DNA from: Amphiscolops sp. MND2022
Taxonomy: Eukaryota
Direction of reading: 5' to 3'
NCBI GenBank assembly: GCA_964187785.1
Contig: OZ076417.1
Location: forward strand, 24,800,001-24,864,000
DNA: 64,000 nucleotides
The translations under genes were made by a program, and so were the position numbers. Shown here one piece after another: positions 63,657 through 64,000 of the stretch (position 1 is its first letter; every line of letters begins with the position of its first letter). Below the pieces are notes generated by a model. It was not told where the DNA came from. It searched no databases and saw only the letters and a list, made by a program, of their open reading frames with translations.

Positions 63657-64000
63657 TTGGCTAACCGAAAAATGACGTCATCACATGACGTCATGTACAT
63701 AACAGAACATTTATGCAGAAAAAAGTTTCTTCTATTGATTTTCATTTGCTTTGAAAAAATTCGGAACTTTTCTGTTCCAACTGTTAAAGCTCATTACCAA
63801 GCGATGCAGTCAATCTTATTTGGAAATTCAATCTTTCTGTGTTAAATTCATTGATTTTTTCAACGCTCAACGATTTTTCTTATCACTCAAAGATAAATAC
63901 TTTTTTCTAGTAGTATTTATTATTTTGATTCACTCAACTGTTTCCATCATCGATTTCCGCGATGCGAAAAAACTAACTCGAAGAAGAATTTGAAAAATCT

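Overview
Eukaryotic, AT-rich, intron-rich animal DNA; no prokaryotic features, CRISPR, rRNA or tRNA seen. About half is LTR-retrotransposon sequence: two decayed Ty3/Gypsy elements (element 1, minus, <1-14343; element 2, plus, 47637-61385, with an internal 2.85-kb tandem duplication), five solo LTRs with TSDs, one LTR end cut by the 200-N gap, and several MITEs. Two head-to-head host genes could be rebuilt from splice sites: a minus-strand secreted PAN-like/EGF/F-type lectin gene (28641->16152, one junction unresolved), and a plus-strand four-exon, 345-aa papain-family protein (31042-63656) whose catalytic Cys is replaced by Gly. Top observation: both Gypsy elements share an unusual plan. Gag starts >100 codons inside the 5' LTR and reads through the PBS; a -1 slippery site leads to pol; then a convergent ANTISENSE, INTRON-CONTAINING gene; then a ~200-codon sense ORF running across the PPT into the 3' LTR. 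In element 1 the antisense gene has 5 phase-consistent coding exons and encodes a zinc-finger protein resembling a hAT transposase lacking DDE residues. Also notable: nine fixed-geometry palindromes in the element 2 LTRs, a 247-bp near-perfect palindrome between the host genes, and a MITE/MITE/Gypsy nest. All homology calls are by-eye motif recognition; no searches were run.
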